Below, piece by piece: positions 24,136 through 37,515 of a stretch of 64,000 bases of DNA. The DNA lies in contig NC_042997.1 in the NCBI RefSeq assembly GCF_006345805.1, positions 131,316,001 through 131,380,000 of the forward strand, given 5' to 3'. Each line of letters starts with the position of its first letter. Position 1 is the stretch's first letter. The notes under the pieces are model-generated. The model was not told the origin of the DNA and searched no databases. It saw nothing but the letters and a program-made list of their open reading frames with translations. A program made the translations under genes and the position numbers. This DNA is from Octopus sinensis. Taxonomy: Eukaryota.

Positions 24136-26629
24136 CAAACTTGGATATATGCACATTAGTTTACTTGTTTTTTTTCTTTACCTTTTTTGTTTTTGGATGA
24201 TAGCTGACCAGGCTACAACTGCACTGTCTATGCCTGTATGTGGCTGTTTGATCTACATAAAATAGCAACCAAATCTCTCAAGTCACATCTTCCTGTCTTA
24301 ATATAGGAAAAACACATTGGATAACAATCTAAATAAGACACAATGGTCATGGCCAGAAAGACTATGATCATAGGTCTGTTTAGTAAGGACTGACTTAGTA
24401 TTTCATGGTTGCATTTTAATCAGTTGGAAGGGGCACATAATTACTCCATTATTCAACCATTCAACTATACAACCCACAACCGTTATGCTATATAAACTCA
24501 TAAAATGAATGCAAAACTAGGGTTGAGATGGGGATTATTCTACATTTAGATTTCCTTTCCAATATCAAATATTCCATCATGAAGTGGCTTTGATAACTGT
24601 TTTCTGGCTATTTGTTGCTTTTATATAGTATTTCATAATTATTAAATTTTTTCTTTCCTTTTTTAGCAATAAACTTTATTGTAAACAATCTCCTAAGATG
24701 TTTAATTATCAAAGAGAAATCCAATGATAGAATTTATAGTTTACTGCAGCTAAGGGATTTTAAAGATATAAACATAGATGTATGAATGAAAACAACGAAC
24801 TGTTTACATCATAGAATAAATATGAGGAATTATGAATCCAAAATATATGAAAGGCAGTCAGCTTGATTCAACAGAACAGGCAAATACACTAAATAAATAA
24901 AACAAAAAATAGTCTTCATAGAATGTTACTATTGGTTAATTCTAGGTGAACTATGATCAAAAAGACCTATGATCAATGATGGCCTTCAATCCATGACTGT
25001 CATGTATTTTATTGAGAGCATCAAGGTCTATATTATTCAATGTGTCAAGCACAGTGTCTCCTAATGGGCAATTAATACTAGGGAAGTAATCATTTTCCTT
25101 CATAGTATTTGGTGGGATTAGGAGCTTGTATTTGAAAATAAAGAAAAAACTGCCATCATCGTTTAACATCCGTTTTCTGTGCTAGCCCAGGTATTGCATA
25201 CTTATGAAATTCTTAAAATGTCTAGTCAGTGGTTATCATATGCAGCACTATTTCATTCATCTTAGAAATCTTCAGCATGACTTTAAAATTAGTAATATGT
25301 GATTTGAGGTAAATTTTGCTTCTATTTCTAGCATGTTGAGTACTCATATAGGGGTTCTCTTGTCTAGAGATGGAATTGGGAGCAGGGAACTTTTGAGGCA
25401 CTATAGTTCCATATCGCAATTTCATAGTGTTTCTGTGTAATTTCTGATTTATGCACTTTTGAAGGGAAGGGAGGGGGTTACCTGATTGCATTGATCCTCT
25501 GCACTTGATCAGTGCTTTAGTCTCCAGAGCAGTGAAAGATAAAGCTGACCATAGCAAGATTTGAACTCAGAGTGTAAAGTTTGGGAAGAATATCAAGTTC
25601 CACAAGGCATTTTGTCCAATATTCTAACAGTTCTGCTTATTCATTGCCCCTGTCTGTGTTTGTATATTGTGTCTGTAACAAAAAGTAATGAAATATAAAG
25701 AAACTACTTGATCAGGACAAACATGGGGCTAAACAACACAGGAATTTGTCTTGAAGCAACACATGTACACACTAACATGCCTTCGTTTTTTCTCCCTCTC
25801 TTTCTCTCTCTCCAGTGACTATTCTTGAAATAAGGACATTTTCTTCAAGCAACACATGCACACATACTTAGTCACAATGCACACAAATACACATGCACAC
25901 ACACACATACACACATACACATGTACACTCAGTCATATGCACACAAAAATCTTGCTACATCAGCAAATAAAGAAAAGCAAACCAAATTAAGAACAACTGA
26001 GTAAGGGTGGTGTGAGTTTATCTTGGGATATTATTTGTGTTTTGACAGGAAGAAGAGGAGGTGTTATGGCGAAGATATCTCGGTTCTTTTTGATGCGTAG
26101 TCTTTCGGACCTATTTTATTTCATCTTTGAGGTGGTTGCTGTATTTTCTCTTCTGGATGGAACTAGATATTTGTAGCAAAGATAAGATGTTTTAATGCCT
26201 CAGAAATAACAGTATCAAAGAACTCTTAACCTATTTTCATACAGTTGTTGAGGTCATTACAAAACACACACTAAATATATATCACGAATAGTTTTTCTTT
26301 GAACTGTTACAATAAAAGCACGATTGTGTTAGAGTTGGTTTGATCTTGCAGATTAATGTTTCTCTTTTCTTTTTTTATGTGGAACAATATTTGTAGGTTC
26401 CTGGAAGTTTCTGAAACTTCACCGTCTTATTTTCTAGATTAAGTGGTTGTTTAGTGGATTTAGTTTTAACCTTTTTTTTTTTTTTTTTTTACAAAATAAG
26501 GGCCATAAGAATGTTACTGTTATCCTTATTGGTTTAAAGTGGTTTGTGTGTGTGTGTAATGGCAAGACAACAAAAGAATCAAAGAGACTTCGATATTATG
26601 TAAATAGAGGAATTTATTTGTAAAATATA

Positions 26630-26825
26630 TGTGACAATTATTTGGTAGCCATGATAAAAATCTGAGTTTCGGAAGTTGGGGTGAAAACCCACGGTGGCAT
26701 CTCTTCAGTTATCGGGCCATTGAAAAATCTCTTTCGATGGCCCAATAACTGAAGAGATGCCAGTGTGGGTTTCTGCCCCAACATCCAAAACTCAGTTTTA
26801 TCATGACTAGCGAATAATTGTCACA
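26630..26825. repeat. Long imperfect palindrome (~95-bp arms, 6-nt spacer)
   Basis: tgtgacaattatt...gggccattgaaa / tttcgatggccc...aataattgtcaca. Confidence 0.9.
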
Positions 26826-26851
26826 CGCACACACACACACACATGCACGCA

Positions 26852-26927
<76 letters not shown>

Positions 26928-27017
26928 CATACATACATACATATAAAGAAAACTTGAAAAATAAAAACATGAATGCGAACCATTTTTCATTGCGGCAATG
27001 TATTAATGTGTGCACAA

Positions 27018-27720
27018 AGAGTGGTTGAACTGACTACACTACAGAAATGGATATTACATGAATTTCATAGTGGACACCTGGAGATGTCAAGAATGAAAGT
27101 TTTGATGAGGTGTTATGTATATTGGCCTACAATGGACTGGGACATTGAAAATTTGGTAAAATCATGTAGCGGTTGTGCACTAGCAGCCAAGGCACCACTG
27201 GTGAAATACCAGTTGTGACCTGAGATGGATAGTCTGTGGTCCAGGACACATATAAACCATGCTGGACCAGTGAATAGTGTGTACTACTTGATCATTGTTG
27301 ATAGCTTTACCAAGTGACCAGAAGTATGTAGGTGCAGTCAACCTACCTTGAAGGCAACAATAAAGTTCCTGAATGAACTTTTTGCTTGATACAGTGTTCC
27401 AGACACCATACTATTGGACAATAGAACACAATTTACAGGATATGAGTTCAAGAAACTCTGCAAAATGCTTGCACTCAAGCACATGTTTACCCTGCCCTAC
27501 CACCCGAGGTCAAATAAGCAAGCAGAATGATTCGTAGACACTTTCAAGCAAGCGCTAAAAAAGGCATGAGTTAGGAAATGACTAAAAGCATTAACTAAGT
27601 TCTTAAGGATGTACAGAATAATGCCCAATCTGAATGCCAGTTCAGGCAAATTGCCTGCAGAGTGAATATTTGCTCAAAAGACTAAATCAATTTTTGACAA
27701 ATTCTTACCAAATGAAAAAA
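27018..27720 (+). mobile_element. Ty3/gypsy LTR-retrotransposon integrase, pseudogenised
   Basis: LHEFHSGH...MKVLMRCYVYWP...VKSCSGC (HHCC zinc finger), IIVDSFTK, LLDNRTQF, LPYHPRSNKQAE*FVDTFK (DDE core). Multiple in-frame stops. Confidence 0.92.
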
Positions 27721-28072
27721 CGTATAGAGAAAATACAAAAAGTTCAACCAAACATTTTGATGTTGGAGACAGTCCATTTCAAAGAATGGTAAAGAGAGTT
27801 GGTATAAAAGAATTGGAAACCTGATGTATTTAATAAAAGGCCAATGATGGGAGCATAAACAGCACCTAAATCAATTAAACATCAGATATACAGAAGAAAG
27901 GAAAGAAATCTCAATGGAAGTGTTTTATGACATGTTTGATGTGCCAGCACTGAAAGAGATTGTGCCTAGATGCAGTAACAGAAAACATAAACAGACTAAA
28001 CATTTAGAAATAATTCCTAAGCAGAAAAGGTACTGAACTCCTTAGGGAAGCAAAGTTTCAATAAGGGAGAGG

Positions 28073-28410
28073 TGTTTGGAAAGAAAGGAAAAAATAAAAT
28101 AGAATAAATTTCATTTCCTACGGAAGTCGAAATCTGAAAATGGGAGATGTGGTGAGTCTCGACACCCCCTGTGAGGATAGACTTGATGAAATAACTATAA
28201 ATAATAGCAGTCAAAGGGAGAGAAAAGGCATTAATTGCAAGAAGTAAGGTGTCATTTTGATAGCTTGTCAGGATATCATTTGTTGGTTTGTGTATAGTTC
28301 ATGGAGTTTGTTGGATTGTTATGTTGTTGTTACCCTGCTTTGTTATGTTTTATTGTTGCTATATGATTATAGTGTAAACAAGTATCGTAATAAATAGTGA
28401 TGATACTACA
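28073..28410 (+). mobile_element. Candidate 3' LTR of the gypsy remnant
   Basis: Polypurine tract AAGGGAGAGG followed by TG (alternative start 28148 after GGGAGA); AATAAA at 28389; ends ...ATACTACA. No partner LTR seen. Confidence 0.35.
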
Positions 28411-31400
28411 TTAATTGGCAAATAATAACTATATTACAATATTATTTCATGTTGCTAGTGGGTGGAAGGGTGGAAGAATTGTTGGTGTGTCAGCAGAAAT
28501 GCTTTATGGTATAGCTTCTGGTTCCCTACATTCTAAGTTCAAAATCCCACTTGCCTGGAGATGGCACCAGGAAACCACCCCAGTATTCATCTCCAGTTAT
28601 GGTAGACATAGTTCTAATAATCAACTTAATGACAGCAGAGGAGGGTACTGGTCCTCCCAGGTTATATAAAGTGCTTGAGAAGGTTCACATGCACATGACT
28701 TACCCATGGGCAAACTGTCACTAGACTTGATGCATAAATGAGTAGGTGCAGGAATGACTGAGTTGTTCACTTTACAACCACATGGATTCAGTCCCACTGT
28801 TTAACACCTTGGGCAAGTGTCTTATGCTGTGGCTCCAGCCTGACCAAGACTCATGAGGGAATTTGATTGACAGAAATTGCCAGAAACTCATTGCATGTGT
28901 ATGTGTGTCCTCTTCAAATTAGGCTTTTTTTATATATTAAAAAGAGTATTTCTCCATTCTGAACAGCTGCTACACTGTCCCAAATATGTGAATGATACAT
29001 TGATATGAACTGCACAGCATATCTCCAGTTCTTATTTTGTCGGTCTCTTTTGTAGAACTGCTAAGTAAGGGGACATAAACAAACCAACATCAGGTGTCAA
29101 GCAGTGATGAGGGAGACAAACACACACACACTGAGCTTCAACACAGTTTCCATCCATGGAATTCATTCACAAGATATTGGTTGGCCCAGGATTATAGTAG
29201 ACGATTTTTGCCCAAGGTGTTGCACAGTGGGACAATACCTGAAACCACCTTTTTTTGCGAAATGAACTTCACCACACAGCCATCAGCTTTTCAGAGTTTA
29301 AATATTTTCTGACTGTGAGACCAGAAGAGAAAACTCATGATGAAGATTTGGCTGTTACAAATGTATGGTTGCTATAAAAGACTACCAGGGTTGTGAGGCC
29401 TCATACTTGTAATTTCAAACAGTGTAATTTCTTTCCATGCTTAAACTAAATAACTTTTGTACACTTCTATCCACCATTGGCCATGTAATCTTGCAATGTG
29501 TTAAGCTCTTAATGTTTTCTGATGAAAGACCTGTGTTTGTGTTTATTCTTGGAGAAGACATTAGATATTAAGTAAATATTTTATGACTTACTACGATAAA
29601 TTGGCGCAAATGCATGCTAGCATAAACCATTAGATAATGATAATTGACAGAGAATAACCTCAAACATGAGATCTAAAAAACTTTTTCATAAAGAAACTTA
29701 GACACTGTTTTTTATGTCTAAGCAGTCATTTAAAAACGGTTGCAAGTAAAAAGAAAATTGAAAATAATGTAAAATGCAGTAGAGAAAAAATAGCCTAGGC
29801 ACAGGCATGGCTGTGTGGTAAAGCTGATTTCGCAAAAAAGGTGGTTTCAGGTATTGTCCCACTGTGCAACACCTTGGGCAAAAATCTACTATAATCCTGG
29901 GCCAACCAATACCTTGTGAATGAATTTCATGGATGGAAACTATGTAGAAGCTCAGTGTGTGTGTTTGTCCCCCTCATCACTGCTTGACACCTGATGTTGG
30001 TTTGTTTATATCCTCTTACTTAGCAGTTCTACAAAAGAGACTGACAAAATAAGAACCGGAGCTAAAAATAAGTTCTGGCTAAACCCCTCAAGATGGTGCC
30101 CTTGCATGGCCACAGACCAAGGACTGAAATAAAAGATAATCTAAAAATACAAATCAAAATGCTGTTTTTGTTAACCTTTCCATGATTATATTTCTTACAA
30201 GAGAGATTGCCTGTGTTACCTTGAACTTTCAAAATAGCAGTTTGAAAGGATTTGGTGAAATAACATTAAATTTTATCTATAAGCTAGTGTTCAAATTTAT
30301 AATGTATGATGCACTTAACTACCTAAGAATAAATCTGCAATGCAAAAAATATATATATATGCTGCCAACTATTATTCTTCATCTAATAACAAAACTACTT
30401 ATCAATTAAAATCTCACCTCATTCATGTTAATGTGAAATAGTAAGTGTAAAATTAGAAATGGTCAGTCGGATGAGTCGGTTTTGATAGGATGAGGACTAA
30501 TGAAAGGAAATGTTTATTTTCTTTCAGTTTCCACCTATGATCTGATCATATCTACTTGATTGAGGTTGCTTAATATTAGATCAGCCTTGACTGAGCAGAC
30601 CTCCCATCAAAGATATTCAACCTGTATATCCCATCCTTTTAGAACTCTCCAGGGCTAGAGTGTCTGTTTGGGTCTTTTTCCTTTGTAAAGATATGACAGG
30701 AATGACATTTGGCTGCAGTTTCTAGCAGGTTGGGTAACTGCATAAAGCTCTCTTGTTGGCTCATATCTTAGTTCTAAATGATAATCTGGTAGCTTAGTTT
30801 TAAGTTTAACAGCATAACTGTTTCTGAGTGAACATTTGTCTTTATTTACTCATGTGATAATTGTGTGTCACTATCATTTAAGCAGTGTCTTTTGTTTTCA
30901 ATCTTATCATTTAACTTTGATCTTCCATGCTGGCATGGGTTGGATGGTTTGATAGGAGCTGGCAAACCAAAGGACTCACCAAGCTCCACTGTCAATTGTG
31001 GCATGGTTCTTACAACTGGATGCCCTTCTTAATGACAACAACTTTACAGAGTATAAACATATCTGGCCAATGAGGAAAATATTACCTTGCTTGGAAACAG
31101 GTGAAGGCTGGTGAAAGGAAAGGCATCAAGCTGTAGAAAATTTGTTTCAACAAATTCTGCTTTTATCCTGCAAGCATGGAAAAATGGATGTAAGAACAAT
31201 GATAATCCTGAATCTTTCACTGTATACTTCTAGAACAATAAAAGCATTGAGAAATATATAAATAAATCTTCTATAAATGATCTCTCATTTATAGACCACT
31301 AATTTGTTTTTCAATGCTTCTATTATATTTTTAATGCAAACAAACTTGCTTTCTTTAAATTTGGATGAAAGGTTGAAAATTACGTAAGTGTAATGTTATC

Positions 31401-31691
31401 ACAACTGTCTGGTTTATAATAGATACACGGTTTGAGCCTTGCAGGTAGCATTCTGCCTTATTTCGTGAGCTTTTAACCTTATATATTATGAGCTATTATT
31501 TTCATATGCCAGATCAGCAGCTGAGATACAGTGCTGTGTGGCTGCATGGTAAGAAGTTTGCTTCCCAGCCACTTGGTTCTGGGTTCAGTCTCAGTGTGTG
31601 GCATCTTGGGTAAGCATCTCCTACTAAAGCTTTGGGCTAACCAAAGATTTTTGGTTGACAGAAACTGAATGAAGCCTGTTGTGTGTGTGTA

Positions 31692-31744
<53 letters not shown>

Positions 31745-32059
31745 CATGGAAAATGGATGTTAATCAATGATGATGATGATAGATATATATATATATATAT
31801 ACACACATATGTGTATGTGTGGGGGTCTTTGTGTATGTTTGTCTCCTACCACCACTTAACTGATGTTAGTGTGTTTATGTCCCAGTAATTTAGCATAAGA
31901 GACTACTAGAAAAAGTATCAGGCTTTACAAAGTACTGGGGTCGATTTGTTCAACTAAAATTCTTCGAGGCTGTGCTCCAGCGTGGCCATAGTCCAATGAA
32001 TGAATCAGGGGAAACAGTATCATTTACAACTTAAAGAAAGGAAATAGGACACTCTTTTT

Positions 32060-32409
32060 ACATTATTTACATTTGATGGATATTTGCCCTCATCTTATTT
32101 GTTGTTACCACAACGTTTTGGCTGATATACCCTCCAGCCTTCTTCAGGTGTCTTGGGGGAATTTCCAACCTGAGTTCTCATTCCTAAGGTATTTTTCAAT
32201 GTTGTTGTTGTTGTTTTTGTTGTTGTTCTTCTTCTTCTTACTACCTGGAATCTAACTCGGGATCTTGTGGTTAGTAGCCACGCTCTTAAACACTACGCCA
32301 TATGCCCATGAAGGCTGAAGGGTACATCAGCCGAAACAACAAAGATTAGGACAAATATCCATCAAATGTAAATACTGTACATAATTCCTCATCTCTTAAA
32401 TATAGAACT
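32060..32409 (-). mobile_element. tRNA-headed element carrying a minimal hammerhead-ribozyme-like motif plus an inverted partial copy
   Basis: 12-bp direct repeat GACACTCTTTTT (32048-32059 and 32410-32421); tRNA-like head 32306-32242; CTGAAGA-AGGCTG-loop-CAGCC-AAAAC-GTT at 32147-32112; inverted partial copy 32307-32409. Confidence 0.7.
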
Positions 32410-32518
32410 GACACTCTTTTTGTTATTTCGATATAGTTGTGTGGTAGAGTTCAGTCCCATGCATGGCTCCTTGGGCAAGTGTCTTCTTCTATAGTCATTT
32501 TCTGAAAAACATGACTAT

Positions 32519-32917
32519 GGCACAGGAGTGGCTGTGTGGTAAGTAGCTTGCTTACCAACCACATGGTTCCGTGTTCAGTCCCACTGCGTGGCACCTTGGG
32601 CAAGTGTCTTCTACTATAGCCTCGGGCCAACCAAAGCATTGTGAGTGGATTTGGTAGGCGGAAACTGAAAAAAGCCCGTCGTATATATGAATATATATAT
32701 GTACGTGTATGTATATGTTTGTTTGTCTGTGTTTGTCCCCCCAACATTGCTTGACAACCGATGCTGGTGTGTTTATATCCCCGTAACTTAGCAGTTTGGC
32801 AAAAGAGACCGATGGAATAAGTACTAGGCTTACAAAGAATAAATCCTGGGGTCGATTTGCTTGACTAAAGGCAGTGCTCCAGTATGGCCGCAGTCAAATG
32901 ACAAACAAGTAAAAGAG
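32519..32917 (+). mobile_element. SINE family A
   Basis: Matches the 1103-1523 copy. Confidence 0.9.
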
Positions 32918-35540
32918 GGTAAATTAACAAAATATAAATAAAATGTATTCATGTTTCACCCTTTTGTTACCATTTTCCTGTTGAAATGCATTGCTTTTGT
33001 TTCAATTAATTTAGATAATGATGAAGAATTTGGTAAAATAACTATTTGGTAAAATAATTATTAAGCTGATATCAGATTTTGCTGGAAGGTTTGTTTTACT
33101 TTGAAACATGAAGTTTGTGTCATAGACTCAAGGGTAGGTTCAGGTGGGTTGGTATTAAAATGGTTAAAGCAGTAATATGATGGCTAAAATGAATGGGCAT
33201 GAGAAAATCTCTCTCTCATACATACATACACTCACATCCACATTAAATTTATTTTCTACAGACACAAGCTTGTTTCCCTAGTCCTCACAGAAGTGAAATA
33301 ACTGTTGTGATGCCTTTGTCAGTAAAGCAAACACAGGAGCTTGTGATGGAAATTACTTCCTACATGCAAATCAGGGAAATATAGAAATTAGCACTGGAAA
33401 ATAATGAAAAGAGCCAAAATTAAGTCTTTTACTTGTAAAAATACAGAAAGAGCTGAAGTTAATATTAAGAAATAATTTTAAATCACCCTACAGCAATGAG
33501 TATTATATTAATATGTTGCAAATATATTTTTTTTCCATGCAAGTGATCTTAGCTCAATAGAGAATAAATTCATAAACTGAAAAATGTGACCTACAGTGAT
33601 AATGAAATTACACAAGAAAAAAGTCTTGTCATGCATGCACACACACACACACACACACACAAAGAGAAATATATACACATTAAATATATTTCATCTGTTT
33701 AAGTTTTGTATTTTACTGCTTCTGTATATGAACAGTCATTTCTTAGTTTCCTCTTTATGCTGTCCACTAACGACAGTATCACACCAGTTATTTTATTTCA
33801 GTTCTAGAAATTCAAACTTGTTTTTAGAGTTACATATACTTATATATACTCACACATACATACTGTGATATACATATAACATTTTATTTTCTAGTGTCCT
33901 TTCATTTTCATTATCCTATTTCATTATTTTTATTGCTCTAAACATGAATTCATTTCATACTTATTGAGCTCTTTGATGAAATATTTTTGCATGTAAAAAG
34001 TATTTTCATTATAATTGCAAGATATTTTTTTGTTACTTTAATACTATTATTCACCAAATGTGATATAAAACAATAATTAAACCTTGTTTTTCTCATATAT
34101 TGAAAATAGATTAAAGATGATGCTTGGCAACATGCCAGTAATAACTTAAACAAAAATATTTGATATCCCCCGCCTTAGTCACTATGGTCATTTAGAACTA
34201 TATTTCCTCTTAGTATTAACTATTATACTCTCTTGCCATGTCCAAATTTGTCCTATCTGAGTTGAAAAACTAATTAAAATTCTTCTTTGTACTCAGTCCC
34301 TGTGTTGTTTATCCTACCACCTTGTCCTGGAATATTTATTCCTGTTAGCTTTGAACTGCAGTTATTAAACACTACTAAACTTAGTGGTCCCATCAGAAAG
34401 TGTTTGAAATCACAAAAACTGCCTAGTTGATGGCTGATGAAGAGAAGTATTTTGTATCTTGTTTTATTATCCTGTTCTGTGATGTTTTTGTTTACACTTG
34501 TCTTTTTCTATTTCCTTCTTTCATTCCTCTTTCCCCTGTCTTCACATTTTTCTGAAAAATCCTATCTTCTTTGCTCCATAAATTTTAGAAGTCTTTATCT
34601 GGTTTTAACTTCTGTATGTTATTCAGTGCACATGTTTTGCATATATCTCTTACCATTAATGTGCACAACCTCCTAGTTTCACAATATTAGCTTATCATTT
34701 AGTTAGCCACAGAAAAGACATTGTTATCCAATATTTTGGATGAAGTTCTTCTTCAAAAGGCGAGTGGTGTAAGTAAGAGTACTTGGAACTGGCACTGGGT
34801 CACTATCAGTCTAGGCAGCTTACTTGTACATATTAGCATCAACTGATTTGCTGATGACTATTCTATAGAGAAAATATTAAAAAAAGAGTATCCATACTGA
34901 TCTGGCACAATTGTTACTGACAGACAAAATGCCTTCTAAGTTCATTTGTTACCAAAGTCAACTTTGATTTCCTCCTTCAAAGATGAATATAATGAAAGTT
35001 TCAGCTAAAAACTGAAATATATCTAATCACAAATTTTAAGACTTTGAATTTGACAACATTAATATCTCTGCATTCTTGTTTTTCACTGCTTTAAATCATA
35101 AGTATTTTCATTTATTGTTTTATATGAAATCTTGTGAAATAGTAATAGTGCTTAAGAAAATTATTACATTGCATGTATGGAAGTAAAGGAGTGAAAATCA
35201 AAGGAAAGCAAGAACAATGGTTTACACTTATAATGGAAGGCAAGGTTTTCGATATTGGGAGAATATCGCCTTCTCCCATTATATCTTGTTCTTTGTGTAG
35301 TTCAGGCTCCGGCAGATGAAGAAAGAAGTCTTTAAGTACAAATGCAATTTACAACCGGTTTATTTACAAGTTTCCCAGAACAGGTGAAGTGCTTTGCTCT
35401 CAGCCACCATCTCGAGCTGTGTGTGTGATGTTGTATCTCCATTAGTGCAGGTACATTGCCTCTGAAGGTACAACATGCAGACAGGCCCAGCCAGTGAAGT
35501 GTGCTCAGCAAGCACTGCTGCGTAGAAGCAGAGAGAGAAA

Positions 35541-35620
35541 ATGAATCTGTTTCTGTTTTGCCTTTATATACAGTTTGCCATTGAGAGCCTGGTGATCTCG
35601 CACATGGCAAATAGATGCAG
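35541..35620 (+). CDS. Candidate first coding exon with signal-peptide-like N-terminus (MNLFLFCLYIQFAIESLVISHMANRC)
   Basis: gaaaATG context, hydrophobic core, strong donor CAG|GTAAGG, inside a CpG-enriched unique segment. It could instead be an internal exon using the acceptor at 35573. Confidence 0.3.
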
Positions 35621-35825
35621 GTAAGGTCTCGCTCCAGTCTCGGAGATGGCAATGGCTGCCACGAGATTTCATCCAATATGGCGCTGACTGCTTGTGCCAC
35701 TACACACTTTACTTTGTATTTTAATATTTTGAGTTTAAAATCCCTTTATTAAGAAAAAGGATTAGTTAGTTCATCCTTCATTTTGTAATTCCTTATTTTC
35801 AAGCTTGTATTTTAGGTCTTCTCAA

Positions 35826-36069
35826 CCCTTTTACTGTTGAAATCAGATATACCCATTCAAAATTTCATTACCTTTATCTACAGAAAGCAGTTTTGAACAC
35901 CAATCTATCTTTTGTTGAGGAATGTCATGTTTGGAGGTATTTTTTGAGACATGTCAAGTTTATTGATGCAATGTAACTTACAGAAAACATCAATTCTATT
36001 TTTTTTTCTTTTGTTGATATTTTGCATCATTATTGGAATAACCATGAAATTTAATTTCCTGTTAAAGGG
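35826..36069. mobile_element. piggyBac-type MITE (family 2), diverged
   Basis: TCAA-CCCTTTTACTG ... CTGTTAAAGGG-TTAA. The right end also appears inverted at ~16281-16327. Confidence 0.55.
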
Positions 36070-37095
36070 TTAAAGACGATTAAATATTTTTTGCTTTGTA
36101 AAATTCTTTCTCAAGTCTATCAAGATCTTTTTACGTTTGTTTTTAAATTGTGTGCATGTATGTTTTGAAATCTGATAATGTGTGTGATTGTGTGTGTGAG
36201 CACGTTGTTTAAAAATTAGAAAACGTTGTATCCTTTTAAATAGAAAACACTAAAACAGTTTTAAGTCTTTACTGTACCAAAAATTTTTATAGCTTTTGAA
36301 TCTCCTTCTGAGAAATCTCAAGTGGAAACAAAAGTAAAATAAATCAAATGTTAAGAATAATTTTATACAAACATTTTAACTAAACAAACTAGAGAACATA
36401 AACAGATAAACCATTTTTTAAACAAGGTCGAAGAGTACGTTTGAGGAAATAAACTGTATCAGCTTGAGAATGATACAAGTGTGTGACAAAAATCATGGCT
36501 GCTTATAAACTGCTGACAGTTGTTAACCCGAATCTACTGGTAGAATTACTTATAAACCCTCTGACTCAAAGAAATAACACACTAAAATGTGTAAATTTAG
36601 AAACATAATTTTACTATAATCTTACCAATATGTCGTTTTTATGTCTTCATATAAAGACATTAAAACAACTATGTATGTGAATCTGTACACATGTATATAT
36701 AAGTATGTATAAGGCTATGTATATACACTTATATGTATAAATATCTAAGAACATATTTATACATGTCTCAAGGTTCATATACTTCCACTAATAAATGTTG
36801 CACTGATCACAAACGATTGTAAAAATGGTGTTATAATTTTATCGGACACTGTCAAACAGGACCAGATTATCACAGGAAAAGTTTATAGCTGAAAGCTGTC
36901 AGTTTAAAATTATTAAGGTTGATAACAATGATTTATAGCCTTTCCCAGTTTCAAGGTGAAGAAAATAAACACCTTTGTGTATCTTGAATTAAGTGACCAG
37001 AAGCTGTATTGTATTGTAGGAATCTTATAGATTATGGCCTTAAAGCATCGTTTTGCTACTCACTCATCATAAGTATGTGTTTAATTATAATTAAC

Positions 37096-37252
37096 AGGCG
37101 CAGGAGTGTGGTAAGTAGCTTGCTTACCAACCACATGGTTCCGGGTTCAGTCCCACTGTGTGGCACTTTGGGCAAGTGTCTTCTACGATAGCCTCGAGCC
37201 AACCAAAGCCTTGTGAGTGGATTTGGTAGACGGAAACTGAAAGAAGCCCGTC

Positions 37253-37284
<32 letters not shown>

Positions 37285-37515
37285 GTGTGTGTTTGTCTAT
37301 GTTTGTGTGTCTGTGTTTGTCCCCCCCCCCAACATCACTTAACAACTGATGCTGGTGTGTTTACATCCCCTGTAACTTAGCGGTTCAGCAAAAGAGACTG
37401 ATAGAATAAGTACTAGGCTTACAAAGAATAAGTCCCGGGGCTGATTTGGTCAACTAAAGGTGGTGCTCCAGCATGGCTACAGTAAAATGACTGAAACAAG
37501 TAAAAGAGTAAAAAG
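37096..37515 (+). mobile_element. SINE family A inserted at the edge of a hairpin
   Basis: Family A consensus; AGGC duplicated at both junctions. Confidence 0.9.

Noticed and set aside
24957-25169. Minus-strand ORF LLIPPNTMKENDY... behind a strong acceptor
   Set aside because: Only a weak donor, the 3' end overlaps a repeat motif (tttgatcataggtct), and there is no homology I can support.
26049-26110. Purine tract followed by TGTTATGG, resembling a PPT-LTR start
   Set aside because: No matching CA end or second LTR; it does not match the 28073-28410 candidate.
32242-32306. tRNA gene (Ser-like anticodon ACT)
   Set aside because: No acceptor-stem pairing and mutated A/B boxes; it is the head of a mobile element. 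No bona fide tRNA or rRNA genes were seen in the window.
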